DNA of 64,000 bases, taken from positions 3,264,001 to 3,328,000 of the forward strand of contig OY969763.1 of the NCBI GenBank assembly GCA_963702845.1. Reading direction: 5' to 3'. The notes under the pieces were generated by a model. The model was not told the origin of the DNA. It did no database searches and was given only the letters and a program-made list of their open reading frames with translations. Made by a program: the position numbers and the translations under genes. Position 1 is the stretch's first letter. Each line of letters opens with the position of its first letter. Source of the DNA: an uncultured Verrucomicrobiae bacterium (GTDB taxonomy: Bacteria > Verrucomicrobiota > Verrucomicrobiia > Limisphaerales > Palsa-1400). This document shows positions 62,894-64,000 of this stretch, piece by piece.

Positions 62894-64000
62894 ATGCCAG
62901 TTAAATCATTGCCGTCGAATGCCAGCCTGGAACATCTCAAGTATCAGGCCAGGGATTTGCTCAAAGCCCTAAACCTCGGAAGCGCCGAAGCCCTTGCGCG
63001 CACGCAGGAATTTCATCCTGGGTTCGCTCGAATGAGCAACGACCAAATCCGCACCTCAAAACTCTCGCTCGCCGATGCCCAATTGATCATCGCGCGTGAA
63101 TACGGGTTTGACACATGGCCGAAGCTCAAACACCACATTGAGGCATCAGCGCAAGCAGCTGCCTCGATCGTCAGACCGACGTCCAGTTTTAAGCCTCCAG
63201 GGCCAGTTGAGCTCAAGCAGAAATGGCCTCCGGGTGCACGCCTCGTCAGAGAAACAGACCTGAAACAAAACATGGAGATTTACACTCCGGGAAAGGCCGA
63301 CCCCGTCAAACACGAACTCTCCCTGAAGTATCAACACGCTTATACCGTGGTCAAAGAACTCCCCGGTGGGGGATGCGAAGTGGATTTGCGACACTTGGGA
63401 TTTCGGTTAGAAGTCGATTCGGGAGATTGCCTCAGGCGGTATGACTCAGCCCAAAGTTCCACGGCGGATCAGTCTGAAATTGCTAAGGTCTTCAAAACAA
63501 TCTTGCGCGCGAAGGTGCGATATATTCTGGGTGCAAACAATCGGGTCGAACGAATGGAAGGTGTTGATGAACTGGTGAACCGGTTGAACCTCCGCGGGGG
63601 AGTAAAACGCAAACCGGGAATGGCCTGGGACAATCAAGCGCTGGATAACGTGCTGAAGCGGCTGCGTTCCGGGCCGCGCCCTCCACTCGAGACTACCGAT
63701 TGGGGGATGAGAAAGATGTTTAACGAGGGCTATTTCAGGACCAAGTTGGACCCTTCCTTCTTACCGGGTAAGACCGTTCAGCCCAGTGACACTTGGACAT
63801 TCTCTCGTGAATCACGGGCCTTTCCAAAACTCAGCATCGTTCAGGAATGGACGGTCGCGTTCCGGACCTGGGAAATGCGCGCGGACCGGCTTTGCGCCCG
63901 CCTGGAATTTCACGGGACCGAGAAAACGAATCTTCAAGCAGAGGCCGAAGCGGTCAGGAGAGGCAACTTCATTCAGGAGGGCACCTTTTCCGGCGTGATC
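62894..64000 (+). CDS. Hypothetical protein running off the window (absent from the ORF track)
   Basis: Manual translation is open to the end: MPVKSLPSNASLEHLKYQARDLL...LADAQLIIAREYGFDTWPKLK, a helical N-domain often seen ahead of ankyrin repeats; later LPGKTVQPSDTW (DUF6263-like, tentative); SD-like GAAAGAAG upstream. Confidence 0.85.
   Translation, partial: MPVKSLPSNASLEHLKYQARDLLKALNLGSAEALARTQEFHPGFARMSNDQIRTSKLSLADAQLIIAREYGFDTWPKLKHHIEASAQAAASIVRPTSSFKPPGPVELKQKWPPGARLVRETDLKQNMEIYTPGKADPVKHELSLKYQHAYTVVKELPGGGCEVDLRHLGFRLEVDSGDCLRRYDSAQSSTADQSEIAKVFKTILRAKVRYILGANNRVERMEGVDELVNRLNLRGGVKRKPGMAWDNQALDNVLKRLRSGPRPPLETTDWGMRKMFNEGYFRTKLDPSFLPGKTVQPSDTWTFSRESRAFPKLSIVQEWTVAFRTWEMRADRLCARLEFHGTEKTNLQAEAEAVRRGNFIQEGTFSGVI

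Overview
Bacterial chromosomal segment. Gene content and protein style suggest Verrucomicrobiota of the Pedosphaera/Limisphaerales type; this is inference, not a database match. 1-16.5 kb: two tandem giant secreted Ig-repeat proteins with different N-termini (one EEP nuclease/phosphatase plus OB-fold, one with autotransporter-associated beta-strand repeats) that share a near-identical C-terminal module and related terminators. Then tsaD, an S41 protease, a gnnA-like/lpxB lipid A operon, a 3017-aa protein with about 24 Cys-rich 85-aa HYR-like repeats, a cupin, the rpmH-rnpA-yidD-yidC-jag operon, a secreted glycosidase-like protein, thrS with an 88-aa compositionally foreign insert, Crp/Fnr divergent from a HemN-like gene, sod, folP-cdaA-cdaR, argJB, and a Wzm/Wzt polysaccharide locus with a GHMP-kinase/UDPGP fusion. 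The right end holds an aspartic protease flanked by about 50-bp direct repeats and a truncated ORF with a structured leader. Many single-base frameshifts, including in yidC and argB, look like long-read assembly errors. I saw no rRNA, tRNA, CRISPR array, transposase, integrase or reverse transcriptase. Best leads: a heptamer-built palindromic element translated inside yidD, the constant-C-terminus/variable-N-terminus surface protein pair, a shared W...RFYR C-terminal sorting-like signal, the ThrS insert, and the repeat-flanked protease cassette.
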